A stretch of DNA of 62,779 bases, the filler included, from Bdellovibrionota bacterium (GTDB taxonomy: Bacteria > Bdellovibrionota > Bdellovibrionia > Bdellovibrionales > JAEYZS01), in NCBI GenBank assembly GCA_963169515.1. It is 5 parts of 5 records of this genome, joined end to end, with 100 filler letters (N's around TTAATTAATTAA, not from the genome) between each part and the next. Parts side by side here need not be neighbours in the genome. Positions count along the whole stretch, not along the records: positions 1 to 17,852 come from CAUJEF010000032.1; positions 17,953 to 32,812 come from CAUJEF010000034.1; 3 more parts are not named here. One strand, 5' to 3'. Positions 9,122-19,220 of this stretch are shown one piece after another. The notes beneath the pieces are model-generated. The model was not told the DNA's origin, searched no databases, and saw only the letters and a list, made by a program, of their open reading frames with translations. A program made the translations under genes and the position numbers. Within the stretch, counting starts at the first letter, position 1; each line of letters begins with the position of its first letter.

Positions 9122-10091
9122 ATCGAGTCCTCCGAACCATGAGCATCACCAAAATCGGTGCGCCGATAAGTGCCATTATGCTTCCCGATGGCAGTTCTGT
9201 TTCATGACTAAGAATTCTGGCTAAAATATCGGAAACTAAAAACAAACAGGCGCCGATCAATGAAGAAAGCGTCAGTGTAAGCGAATGTCTGCGGGTGCCC
9301 AAGATTAAATAGCTCAAGTGTGGTGAAACCAATCCCACAAAACCAATCAGGCCAGCGATTGCAACACTTCCCGAAGTCAAAACACAAACAGAAACAATGA
9401 CGGTACGTTTGATCAGATTTAGATTTGTACCAAGGCTTGCGGCAATGTCGTCACCCAAAAGCAATCGATCCATATTTTTTTCTTGAAAGCTAAAATATAA
9501 ATAAACACAAAGAAAAATTAAAAATAAGGCTGGCCAACCGACGTCACGCGTGGTTCCCACCTGGCCCATCATCCAATAAACAGCAGTTTGAATTTTTGTT
9601 GGATCAAGCAGTGAAACCAAAAGGGTTACGACCGCTCCACAAAAAAGTGACACCATAATTCCAGCAAGAATCAGGGAACGGCTTTTCATTAACATTTTGC
9701 TGCCCGAGAAATTTAAAATAACTATGGTTACAGCAAAACAGCCGACGAGCGCACCCACGGGGACTCCGATAGCTCCTAGGCCAAAAAAAATTGCAATCAC
9801 TGCGCCAAGGGCGGCCCCTCCAGAGATTCCCAATGTGTAGGGTTCTGCGAGGGGATTGTCCAAAACAGTTTGTAACAAAACACCGGATAAACCGAGCGAC
9901 ATACCAATCGTGATTAAAGCCATGGTGCGTGGTAAACGAAGATCTGAAATGATATATTTTACGGATGGATCAAGGTTTTGATTTGAAAAGTAGGCTAAAA
10001 GATCCTCAAAGCCAACAGCGCTGGATCCCACAGCAAGTGATATTACAGACAAAAGCAAAACAATTGATAAAGCTAGCCAAAGTGTTTTCAA
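9105..10091 (-). CDS. FecCD/BtuC-family ABC permease
   Basis: LRLPR, NPLAEPYTLGISGGA, GLIGFVGLVSPH, LIGAP motifs. Confidence 0.92.
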   Translation of the reverse strand: MKTLWLALSIVLLLSVISLAVGSSAVGFEDLLAYFSNQNLDPSVKYIISDLRLPRTMALITIGMSLGLSGVLLQTVLDNPLAEPYTLGISGGAALGAVIAIFFGLGAIGVPVGALVGCFAVTIVILNFSGSKMLMKSRSLILAGIMVSLFCGAVVTLLVSLLDPTKIQTAVYWMMGQVGTTRDVGWPALFLIFLCVYLYFSFQEKNMDRLLLGDDIAASLGTNLNLIKRTVIVSVCVLTSGSVAIAGLIGFVGLVSPHLSYLILGTRRHSLTLTLSSLIGACLFLVSDILARILSHETELPSGSIMALIGAPILVMLMVRRTRYATAD

Positions 10092-10101
10092 AGTAAACTT
10101 G

Positions 10102-10881
10102 TTATAAACGAGAGCGAACCTGTTGGCAAAAGCTTAAAATTCCGCCAGGCAAACGCGGTCCTAATCGGCTTAATACGTTCGCGTCACCGATAAAGACCGG
10201 TATATTCTTTGATAGGGGGTTCGCTTCCCAGAAGTTTTCAATATTCAGGATCAATGTCTTATTGGGGACATTCCCAACAAAAAGCACAATTTGCGGTTTA
10301 GCTTTGCCAAGGGATTCAATTTGTATTGTCTTATATCCGGGTGTCGTGTCAAAAGCATTTTTAACTCCACATCGCTCAAAACTTTGCGAAATAAAGGTAT
10401 CGCCTCCGGCAAGATAAATTGGGTCGTGGTCGACTTGAATGATCGCGGTTTTACCAATATTTATTTTTTTTACCTTGTCCCAATTTTCGTTCCAGTTTTT
10501 TATTAATGTATTTGCACGCGTCTGTTTATTAAAAAGCCCCCCAAGCTCGGTCAAAATATTTACATAGTCACCAAGGTTTCTCGCGGCATAGGAAAACAGT
10601 GGCGTTTTTGCCTTTTTAAGGCTCGCGACAATTTCTGGGTCGCCTTCGATAAAGGCAAGGACATGGGTGGGCTTTAATTCAATTATTTTTTCAAGGCTTG
10701 GTTTTGAGTAACTGCCAATGGTTTTAATTTTTTTTGCGGCGTCTGGAAAATTTGAAAAGGTCGTTGTGCCGACGATCCTATTTCCCAAATCCAGATCAAA
10801 TAAGATTTCGGTTAGCGTTGGATTCAGGCTTACTATTCGATCATCCGCAAATAAAAAGGACAGGAACAATAAAAAAATCAT
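10102..10881 (-). CDS. Helical-backbone periplasmic binding protein (BtuF-like)
   Basis: RIVSLNPTLTEILFDL, PSLEKIIELKP, SRLGPRL motifs. Confidence 0.85.
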   Translation of the reverse strand: MIFLLFLSFLFADDRIVSLNPTLTEILFDLDLGNRIVGTTTFSNFPDAAKKIKTIGSYSKPSLEKIIELKPTHVLAFIEGDPEIVASLKKAKTPLFSYAARNLGDYVNILTELGGLFNKQTRANTLIKNWNENWDKVKKINIGKTAIIQVDHDPIYLAGGDTFISQSFERCGVKNAFDTTPGYKTIQIESLGKAKPQIVLFVGNVPNKTLILNIENFWEANPLSKNIPVFIGDANVLSRLGPRLPGGILSFCQQVRSRL

Positions 10882-12656
10882 TAAAAAAACCTTTCAAGGC
10901 TGGTGATGAATTGTCGGCCGGGTTCAGGATAACCACTTGTAAAAGTGCGGCTGTTGTCAAAAATATTTTGAACGCTAATCTTTGCCGTCCAATCAGATAA
11001 ACCTATTGTTCTGAAATTTAAATCAAACACATCCCAGGCGCCGGTCGCTTTTGTCTGGGTCAACATATAGCGGTCCCAGTGAGTTTGTACGACTTCAGCT
11101 ATGACGGGACCCAGTTGCGCACCGAAAACCAAACTAAATTTTTGCTTTGGCATTAGGGTCAGAGTGATATCGGGCTGAATATGGGAATAAGAAATTTTTG
11201 TCGACCAGATTTGGTAATTGAGCCCAACGGAAAGATCGGCCCCCCAAAAATTCACATCACTTGCGTTAAAATAACTGCCGGGGCTTCCGCCATCGTATTG
11301 GATAAAATCCCGATATTGGGTTGAATAGACGGCGGCCTCAAGCCCCAAACGTTGCAATAAGTTTGCAGAGCTTAAGCTGCCTTTTTTTCCAAAACCGATT
11401 TCTATTTGATCTGACTTTTCAGGCTTTAGGCTTGGGTTTCCATTAAAAAGAGGGCTTTGAAAAAATTTTTGACTAAAAGATGGATTTCTATATCCTTCAG
11501 AATAAGAAATCCAAGTCTTCATTCCTGGGCGATCTTGTCCTGCAATTAAGGATTTGATCAAAAGGCCTTCGCTTGGCAGATATCGAATTCCAGGAGAAAG
11601 AAAATAATTTTGATCCGGAGAATATTTAAAAATAATGCCGGGCTCGACGCGATTATTAACCAGACGCTTTGTCGTATTGGGTTTATTTTCAAACTCGTCG
11701 TGCATGTAATCTATAAAAAACTCTGCTGAGTGCTGATCTGAAAACGCATTTTTATAAGAAACAGATTCCGCGATTTGACTGCTGTACCATCGCGTTTTCC
11801 CGCTCGCGTCCGTGTTGAAAAACTCATTGAATATCCCTGTCGAACGAAATGATAACAGACCCCGTGCGGAAACATTTTTTTCTAATAACAACGATCCCAG
11901 CAAAGATGTGCGGTCGTAATGGGTCGGATAAGGTAAATCAACGGGCCCCGGCGTTCCCCCAAAACTTTGGCCGTAAATCAAGGTCTCTTTAACAGTGTAA
12001 CTTGAAACCTTGTGCTGACCTGTGATTGTAAAGCGCTGTAAATGGAAGCCATTGGGTTCGCGTTCTTGTTCCTGGCTATTATATTTGTAAGGGAAGTCGC
12101 CATCAATTGAATTTGAAAAACCGGTTATTTGAAGCTTGTGATTTTCAGACTTCAAAATCGGATGGGCGCCATAAATAGATTTTCGACCAAAGCTTCCCAA
12201 CCCGCCGCGAACAACGGCGCGATCATAGGTGTGCGGTATAATGTTGATTGCGCCACCGATAGCGTCTGACCCATAAAGAACCGAAGAGGCCCCCTTCAAA
12301 ACAAAGGTAGAATGTGTTGTTTCCTGTGGAATTAAGAGTGAGCTTGCACCCAATCCATCCATCAAATTAAGCGGAGTCCCGTTGTATAAAAGCAGGGTGC
12401 GTCCATACTCTGACGAACCACGAATGGAAAAATTGGGGGACCCGCCGCTTAGATCGCCGCGGGAGACGACCCCAGAAAATTTGCTTATGCTATCGTACAG
12501 AGATTGGTCGGCAATGGTGTAATCAGAGTAAACCGTTTCGATTGGCCAGGCGTTGGCGCGCTCACTGAAAATGGTTAAGGGTTCGGCCTCAACGATTTCA
12601 ACAGGAAGAACCTCAACGGCGCCAGAAAACTGCATCAGAAATAGCCAGATCAACAT
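10881..12656 (-). CDS. TonB-dependent outer-membrane receptor (BtuB-like)
   Basis: Plug motifs FSIRG and VLKGASSVLYGSDAIGGAINI; NPSLKPEKS; QNIFD..PGR; terminal F. Confidence 0.88.
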   Translation of the reverse strand: MLIWLFLMQFSGAVEVLPVEIVEAEPLTIFSERANAWPIETVYSDYTIADQSLYDSISKFSGVVSRGDLSGGSPNFSIRGSSEYGRTLLLYNGTPLNLMDGLGASSLLIPQETTHSTFVLKGASSVLYGSDAIGGAINIIPHTYDRAVVRGGLGSFGRKSIYGAHPILKSENHKLQITGFSNSIDGDFPYKYNSQEQEREPNGFHLQRFTITGQHKVSSYTVKETLIYGQSFGGTPGPVDLPYPTHYDRTSLLGSLLLEKNVSARGLLSFRSTGIFNEFFNTDASGKTRWYSSQIAESVSYKNAFSDQHSAEFFIDYMHDEFENKPNTTKRLVNNRVEPGIIFKYSPDQNYFLSPGIRYLPSEGLLIKSLIAGQDRPGMKTWISYSEGYRNPSFSQKFFQSPLFNGNPSLKPEKSDQIEIGFGKKGSLSSANLLQRLGLEAAVYSTQYRDFIQYDGGSPGSYFNASDVNFWGADLSVGLNYQIWSTKISYSHIQPDITLTLMPKQKFSLVFGAQLGPVIAEVVQTHWDRYMLTQTKATGAWDVFDLNFRTIGLSDWTAKISVQNIFDNSRTFTSGYPEPGRQFITSLERFF

Positions 12657-12705
12657 ACTACAAGGCTATATTATGCTCGAATTTATATTACAAGGTGTAA
12701 ATGGC

Positions 12706-13824
12706 CTAAGCTTCTGCGGCGCCAGCGTCGGCGAAGCCCTCTCCGCGGACGATCATGTCTGCCAGGACTTTGTGTTCGTCAGAATTAATCGTTTTAAGCG
12801 CAGTTTCCAGGGGGCGAGGGTCTGGGTTGGTCAGCTTTTTTGATTTAAAATCCAGAATTTTTTTGTATCGTTCTTCCATCTCGGATTTAACAATTTTTCC
12901 GTCTCGAATTGCCTTTTCCACTGATTCCAAGCCTACGGGAGGACTGGACGGTTCGTTACAATAAAGTAAAAAATCGGCACCCGCACGCAATGCAAATACC
13001 GGTATATCTGGAACAGAGTATTTTTTTGTTAAAGCTTTCATGTCTAAATCGTCGGTGATAACAAACTGTCGATAGCGATACTCGCCACGTAAAATATCTT
13101 TTAAAAACTTTTGGGACAATGTTACGGGCCAATTGGGATCGATCTCTGGAAACATCATGTGTGCCGTCATGACAAAATCTAGCCGTGCACGAAATGTTTT
13201 TTTAAACGGAATCAGCTCGCGATTGCGAAGAATCTCAAGGCTTGCATTTTCAACAGGCAGATCAAAATGACTGTCCACAATCGTGTTACCGTGACCAGGA
13301 TAATGTTTTGCGCACGGGATGATATCGGATTTAATAAATCCACGAACCAATGCAGAAGCCAGCTTTGCAACAACTTCTGGGTTGCTCCCCAGTGATCGAT
13401 CACCTATCAATTCGTTTTTTGGATTTGAAAGCACATCCACACACGGGGCGAAATTCAAATTGATCCCAAAAGCGCGAAGCTCGTTCCCCATGGCCTCTGT
13501 AAACTTAAACGCCAGGGTTGCAGAATCAATCGCTCCAATTTTTCCAACAGGGGGCCATTCGGTAAAAGGTTTTTTCAGGCGTGCGACTCGCCCGCCCTCC
13601 ATGTCGATAGCAATAAACAGGGGCGCCTTGTCAGGCATTTGATGTCGAAGCGACTGAAGTTCAGTTACAAGCGCGTGAAGTTGTTCAGGGGTTTGAATGT
13701 TTCGACCGAAAAGCGTCACGCCAGAAATATTATTTTTAACAACAAATTGCTTTTCATCGTTAGTTAAAGCGGGACCACTGATCCCTATGAAAAAGTGCTG
13801 TCCACAAACGTTCCTGATCGACAT
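12706..13824 (-). CDS. nagZ: Beta-N-acetylhexosaminidase (GH3)
   Basis: IDMEGGRV, FAPCVDV, KHYPGHG..DSH, MTAH, ITDDLDM. Confidence 0.92.
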   Translation of the reverse strand: MSIRNVCGQHFFIGISGPALTNDEKQFVVKNNISGVTLFGRNIQTPEQLHALVTELQSLRHQMPDKAPLFIAIDMEGGRVARLKKPFTEWPPVGKIGAIDSATLAFKFTEAMGNELRAFGINLNFAPCVDVLSNPKNELIGDRSLGSNPEVVAKLASALVRGFIKSDIIPCAKHYPGHGNTIVDSHFDLPVENASLEILRNRELIPFKKTFRARLDFVMTAHMMFPEIDPNWPVTLSQKFLKDILRGEYRYRQFVITDDLDMKALTKKYSVPDIPVFALRAGADFLLYCNEPSSPPVGLESVEKAIRDGKIVKSEMEERYKKILDFKSKKLTNPDPRPLETALKTINSDEHKVLADMIVRGEGFADAGAAEA

Positions 13825-13920
13825 CCACAGTTCCTTTGGTTTCTGCGCTAGGGTCTTCTTAGAATATAATACCTGAATATATATGTCATGTTATGGCGGT
13901 GGTTGAAACTGGATGTTTTG

Positions 13921-14730
13921 CTAGTTCTTTTTCGGATCAAGACGGTCGCGCAGACCATCTCCGAATAAATTGAATCCGAGGACGAGCAATATAATTGCGA
14001 GTCCAGGGAAAATGCTTATAAATGGTGCCTCGACCAAAAATTTTCTACCCGCATTTAGTAATCCACCCCAGGAAGGTTCCGTCGGCGGCGTGCCCAGGCC
14101 CAGGAAGCTTAGACTTGATTCAGAAATTATGGTGGCTGCCATACCAAAAGATGCTTGAACGACAAGCGGGCCCGTCAGATTGGGCCAAATATGAACCATA
14201 ATTACGCGTAAAGGATTTGCGCCCAAAGAAATTGCAGACTGCACATATTCACGGGTTTTCAAGTGCAAAAATTCTCCGCGCACAAGGCGCGCATAGCCAG
14301 TCCAGCCCGTCACACACATCGCAAAAATCAGATTTTGTATTGACGGACCAAGTACTGCAACCAATGCAATAGCAAGCAAAAAGCCAGGGAATGCATAGAG
14401 CATATCAATGAACCGCATGATCGTTTGGTCGAGTGTACCGCCAAAATATCCGGCAATAGATCCAACAGTTAACCCAATAAAAAGGGATATGGTCACAACA
14501 GTGAATGCAACGGAAATACTGATTCGCGCGCCATAAATAACCTTGGATAAAACGTCAGATCCGTCATTGTCGCTGCCGAACCAGTGGGCGGAAGATGGTG
14601 ACATAAAGCGATCTGGCAGTGATATTTCGCGAGGGTTGTAGGGCGCCAAAATGGGCGCAAAGATTGCCGTAAAAAACATAACAAGGATAATTCCGATTCC
14701 AATATACATTAAAAGATTTTTTTTAGTCAC
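13921..14730 (-). CDS. Peptide/nickel ABC permease, DppC/OppC-like
   Basis: HWFGSD, YGARISI, ESSLSFLGLG, FNLFGDGLRDRLDP. Confidence 0.92.
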   Translation of the reverse strand: MTKKNLLMYIGIGIILVMFFTAIFAPILAPYNPREISLPDRFMSPSSAHWFGSDNDGSDVLSKVIYGARISISVAFTVVTISLFIGLTVGSIAGYFGGTLDQTIMRFIDMLYAFPGFLLAIALVAVLGPSIQNLIFAMCVTGWTGYARLVRGEFLHLKTREYVQSAISLGANPLRVIMVHIWPNLTGPLVVQASFGMAATIISESSLSFLGLGTPPTEPSWGGLLNAGRKFLVEAPFISIFPGLAIILLVLGFNLFGDGLRDRLDPKKN

Positions 14731-15647
14731 GATAACCGCACCTTTGGGTTTGCGACGGCGTAGGCAATGTCTGTCAGAAGGTTCACAAAAACATAGGTTA
14801 GCGAAATAAACAGAACGCAGCCTTGAACCAACGGATAATTTCTTTGTTGGATCGCCGAATAAAATAACGTACCGATTCCGGGCCAGTCAAAGATGGTTTC
14901 GGTGATTATGGTGCCAGTTAACAGGGCGCCAAATTGCAAGCCAACAATTGTAATTATGGGCATCAATGCATTTCGCAAGGCGTGCTTAAAATAAACTACT
15001 CTGGGGGAAAGGCCTTTTGATTGTGCCGTTCGGATGTAATCTTCTTTTTTTACTTCAAGCATTGATGCGCGGGTCATGCGCATCAAAATTGCACTTAATG
15101 CCAGGCCCAAGCTGAAGGCGGGTAAAATTAAATGTTCGATCCCCCCGCGTTCGCTGACAGGCAGCCAATTTAAATGAACGGCAAAAATCAAAATCAGCAT
15201 CGGGCCGAGCCAAAAGCCGGGCATGGACATTCCCAACAGGCCGCCAACAGAAATCAAATTATCCGCCCAACTGTACTGGCGGATCGCCGCAAAAACCCCA
15301 AGCGGAATTCCGATAACAAGAGAGATCAAAATTGCCGCAAATGTCAGTTCTGCTGTTGCAGGAAAACGATTAAAAAATTCTTCGGTTACAGGGCGCTTGC
15401 TTAAAAGTGAGCGCCCCAAGTCCAAGCGAGTCAGATTTTTTAAATACACTGCATACTGCTCACCAAGCGGTCGATCCAACCCAAGATCGGCGCGCAGAGA
15501 ATCTTTATCTTGGACAGAGGCTTGTTCGCCCAACATGATGTCGATGGGGTCGCCTGGGACCAAGTGAATTAAAAGAAATGTAAGCGTTACGACACCAAAT
15601 ACGACCGGAAGCGTGAGCAATAATCTACGTACAATAAAATCTATCAT
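14727..15647 (-). CDS. Peptide/nickel ABC permease, DppB/OppB-like
   Basis: PGDP, LGLDRPL, EAA loop, KHALRNA, ETIFDWPGIG, NPKVR. Confidence 0.92.
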   Translation of the reverse strand: MIDFIVRRLLLTLPVVFGVVTLTFLLIHLVPGDPIDIMLGEQASVQDKDSLRADLGLDRPLGEQYAVYLKNLTRLDLGRSLLSKRPVTEEFFNRFPATAELTFAAILISLVIGIPLGVFAAIRQYSWADNLISVGGLLGMSMPGFWLGPMLILIFAVHLNWLPVSERGGIEHLILPAFSLGLALSAILMRMTRASMLEVKKEDYIRTAQSKGLSPRVVYFKHALRNALMPIITIVGLQFGALLTGTIITETIFDWPGIGTLFYSAIQQRNYPLVQGCVLFISLTYVFVNLLTDIAYAVANPKVRLS

Positions 15648-16624
15648 TGTCCCGGTTTTTTGCTTTCCGTTGGTGGGGGTTTAATCCCCTTTCCAGGCGG
15701 AACGGCCACGCCCGGCGGCAGACCGACGTCGTTTCCTTTGCCCTGGCTCATCTGTTTTTGTTTTTCAGGATTAATGGTCGACGGTGGGGGTTCTTCGGCG
15801 GGAACCAGTTCTTTGATTTGAGCGTCTTTGGTCGACGGAAGTACGGCGGGCTTTTCAAGGGACTTCATGCTCATTGCGTATTTATTGTAAAAAGAATCGC
15901 TTGGCACCTGGGTAAAAACAGAATTTATGGTTTTGTCGCTGCCAGGAAAACCTTTTGTGGCCTCGGCCCGTGTCGAAAGCTCAGTGCGAATTCCCATGAC
16001 GGGCGAACGTGCAGAAAGCATCACGCCGTCTGAGGTAATGCTTGAAATCCATTGATCGCCTTTGAAAGAATTGATTGTTTTAAATGTGTTTTGTCCCAGG
16101 ATGACTTCTTCGTCCTGGATATGAACATTGCCGCCATAAATGGTGCCGTCTTCTTCGGCGATTGCGTTGTAAGAAAAATTTTGATTCTTTTTAATACCCG
16201 ATGGATTTTGCAACATCAAATAAACCAGAAACGAACTGAGCAAAGTCCCTTTCTGCAATTTTTTTTGAATTCTTTCCGATTTTCCATTCGAAACAATGGT
16301 TCCTTCCATTAAGTCTTTTTTAAATGTGGCATCAATGGTCTTTGTGGCGTCGCCCTCTTTATTTGTGAATTGGTAAGAAAGGGGCTTTAGCGTTTGCGAT
16401 GCGATCGCGCTCATGCTTTCGGTTTTGTTTCCACCTAGGGCGTTAAATTTTAAAAAATAAGTGGATCGAAATTGCTTTGATTTTTCTTCGAACTCATAAC
16501 GATGGGCCAGATAACCCATGTGTGCATTGCCAAGGTAAACCTTGTACCAACCCTCTTGCAGAACTTTTGCGGGGGCAGAGAGACTAAAACTCAAGCAAAC
16601 GATGAAAGATAATGCAAATTTCAT
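15644..16624 (-). CDS. Secreted hypothetical beta-rich protein with Pro/Lys-rich tail
   Basis: Signal peptide, GGAG SD, stop overlaps the dppB start (ATGA). Confidence 0.7.
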   Translation of the reverse strand: MKFALSFIVCLSFSLSAPAKVLQEGWYKVYLGNAHMGYLAHRYEFEEKSKQFRSTYFLKFNALGGNKTESMSAIASQTLKPLSYQFTNKEGDATKTIDATFKKDLMEGTIVSNGKSERIQKKLQKGTLLSSFLVYLMLQNPSGIKKNQNFSYNAIAEEDGTIYGGNVHIQDEEVILGQNTFKTINSFKGDQWISSITSDGVMLSARSPVMGIRTELSTRAEATKGFPGSDKTINSVFTQVPSDSFYNKYAMSMKSLEKPAVLPSTKDAQIKELVPAEEPPPSTINPEKQKQMSQGKGNDVGLPPGVAVPPGKGIKPPPTESKKPGQ

Positions 16625-16760
16625 TCGAGGTTCTCCTTGGAAATGGATTACAGTTTCCCTTGAAATCGAGGCTGTGTCAAAAAACGACTTTCGTCTGTGT
16701 CCGATTTCTGGCCTACAGATAGCAACCGCCTAATAATAGAATGATATCTGGTTAAATATT

Positions 16761-17852
16761 ATGGCGCAGCGTGGACTAAGCTTCTTGAAACTATTGCGAA
16801 TCATGCGACCCTTGCGAGTTTTGCGATCCCAAAACGGTCAGATGGCCATTTTTGTCGCATTGATTTTTCAAGTTTTATTTATTCTGTTCGCAATGATCAT
16901 CAACATCAGTCTGATTATCCACGACAAAATAAATCTCCAGAACGCCGTCGACCTTGCCGCCTACTACGGCGCCCAACGCCAAGCCGAAATGCTCAACGCC
17001 ATCGCCCACTCCAACTACCAAATCCGCCAAGCCTGGAAACTGCTGGCCTGGAGAATTCGAGTGCTGGGGGATTTGGGGAATAGGGAGCATCCGTTAAGAG
17101 CAGGTATAGAGGGCGCGCAGATTCAAGAGGTGGGTCGTGACGGGTATCCCGTTGTTTGTATTGCGCACTCTTTTTGGACGATATCGGGCGATAAAGCGAT
17201 GAGCTTGTGCTACGAAAATAATCTTCGGGCCAGGTCATTTACCCCTGCAAAGCAAACGGACTATATCAGTCCTCTTGTGGGTCTTAATGCGATTATCAAT
17301 ATGCAGTCTATAAAGTTGAAGAATATCTTTGAAAAACATTGTGATCGATATGGGCCATTAAGCTACGAAATCTCCGTCCGCTGGCTGGGCGCATATAAAA
17401 TGCAGGTTGCAAAAAGTAAACGACAGATTTTAAAGCTGGCAAATGAGCTTTCAAGATCGCGCGAAGATTTTTTTGATCTTCGCGATGAATCCGTATTGAG
17501 GGGCGTTCGCAAAACGCTTACATTTAATTTAACAAATGCAAATTTTGTTGGGATGTCGCCAGAGGCAGATATCCAGTTTTATAATTCAATGGGCACAATT
17601 CCAACAGAAAACTGGCTGAACGATTTAGCCGTTTTCCCAGATTTCTTTTATGCAGATTTTCATAAATCTCAAGAAGAATGTGTGGGCGAGACAAAGCAGC
17701 TTGTCGCAAATATACCTACATCGTGTGGTCCGGAATGTGACTGGATGAAAAGTATTATTGCAGAACCGCCCAATATCCGAGACGAATTTCATTCGTCAAT
17801 TGGTTACGAAAAAAACCCATGGATTATGGCCTACGTTGGGGTGTCGGCAAAG
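16761..17852 (+). CDS. Tad/Flp pilus TadG-like protein, 3'-truncated at contig end
   Basis: Prepilin-like GQ cleavage then hydrophobic helix (SQNGQMAIFVALIFQ); LQNAVDLAAYYGA Tad motif; runs into the N linker. Confidence 0.75.
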
Positions 17853-17952
17853 NNNNNNNNNNNNNNNNNNNNNNNNNNNNNNNNNNNNNNNNNNNNTTAA
17901 TTAATTAANNNNNNNNNNNNNNNNNNNNNNNNNNNNNNNNNNNNNNNNNNNN
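17853..17952. other. Artificial contig linker
   Basis: N44-TTAATTAATTAA-N44; the core gives stops in all six frames. Confidence 0.97.
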
Positions 17953-18165
17953 GGAGACGAAAGGCTGCGTTATAAAGTCAGAGCCTTTTGGACAGTTGTT
18001 TGAAATAAAATCTTTTAAACTAAACTGCGCCCCTCCGATCCTAACTGGCATTCTTTTTTTCGTCTTGTCTTTTAAAAGAGGCGGCAAATCTAGAATTTCG
18101 ATAGTGGTCGTTTTTAAAGTGATTTTGCCTTCGACATGAGCAATAGCATCAGCTAAACCCTCAAC
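17953..18165 (-). pseudogene. Possible remnant of an XRE/HigA-type antitoxin N-terminus
   Basis: Frame reads VEGLADAIAHVEGKITLKTTTIEILDLPP with no start codon and no HTH afterwards. Confidence 0.35.
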
Positions 18166-19163
18166 TATTGTTCTAAGATATAGTTAACAGGATCCACTGG
18201 GATTCCACCGACGCGAACTTCATAATGCAAGTGAGCTGCGGTTGAACGACCTGTATTGCCGACCGCGCTTAAGACATCACCACGTTTTATTTTTTGGCCG
18301 ACCTGAACGTAGAGCTCAGAGTTGTGGCCATAACGAGTAACCACACCGTAACCATGGTCCACAGATACCAATTTTCCATAGCCTCCATCATAACCTGCAA
18401 AACTTACAACACCGTCAGCAACTGCATATACAGGAGTTCCCAGGGCAGCAGCGATGTCTAAACCTGTGTGCAATGCCATAGCGCCTGTCATTGGTGAAGA
18501 TCGATAGCCGAATGGAGACGTGTACCAACCACGAGTTGGCTTAATAGACGGAGTGGCTCGTAACAAGGATTGCCTTACAGATAATGATTCCCATAATTCG
18601 AGAACACCTTGCTCACGAAGAGCCGCGTGCTTGATCGCACGGTCAAATCGAATTGATAATGAGTGATAACCCCGATCATCTGTACGCGCCAACTCGCCCT
18701 CAGCGCTTTCCAAAAGTGGCTTTGCAAAAAATACGGATTCTTCTTGGTGGGGCATAATCGCAGCCGGATCGCGGCTGATATCATCTGCGGCCTCCAAAGA
18801 TTCTGGGTCACGTGCAATTGGGCCAATTGCAAGTTTAAGAGATCTGTTCTCATCTTTGGTATCTGTAATCAAACGAAGTTTGGTGGTGAAAGAATGAACG
18901 CGGTCTAAAGCGGCCTCAAGGTTTTCTAATTTTCCTTCGATTAAATCGACTTGGTTATGAAGTCGACGATTTTCAACTTTAAGATGTTTTGTTTCCAAAT
19001 CTTGAAAAAGAAGGCCAAAATAATCCACGACTACTGAAGCTAGAAGAATGAATCCAACAAATCCAATTGCGATCAAAGCCTTAACCCATGCGTCAGAAAT
19101 CACAAACCGACGCGTAACGCCTTTTGTGTCTGACATGATCATGAATGTAAACTTTTTACTCAA
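18165..19163 (-). CDS. M23 metallopeptidase (peptidoglycan endopeptidase) with TM anchor and coiled coil
   Basis: HTGLD and HLH zinc motifs, GYGK..DHG, TRYGH. Confidence 0.92.
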   Translation of the reverse strand: MSKKFTFMIMSDTKGVTRRFVISDAWVKALIAIGFVGFILLASVVVDYFGLLFQDLETKHLKVENRRLHNQVDLIEGKLENLEAALDRVHSFTTKLRLITDTKDENRSLKLAIGPIARDPESLEAADDISRDPAAIMPHQEESVFFAKPLLESAEGELARTDDRGYHSLSIRFDRAIKHAALREQGVLELWESLSVRQSLLRATPSIKPTRGWYTSPFGYRSSPMTGAMALHTGLDIAAALGTPVYAVADGVVSFAGYDGGYGKLVSVDHGYGVVTRYGHNSELYVQVGQKIKRGDVLSAVGNTGRSTAAHLHYEVRVGGIPVDPVNYILEQ

Positions 19164-19220
19164 GGTTGAAACTCCAAAGCATTCTTACCGTAACTAAACC
19201 AAAATTTTTTTTGTAAGTCA

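Noticed and set aside
16941..17093. Diversity-generating retroelement repeat in tadG
   Set aside because: No second copy and no reverse transcriptase in the window; the bias is synonymous rather than adenine-specific.
17897..17908. TTAATTAATTAA as a biological repeat or CRISPR
   Set aside because: Always centred in N runs of identical length; a synthetic linker. No repeat-spacer array was seen anywhere.
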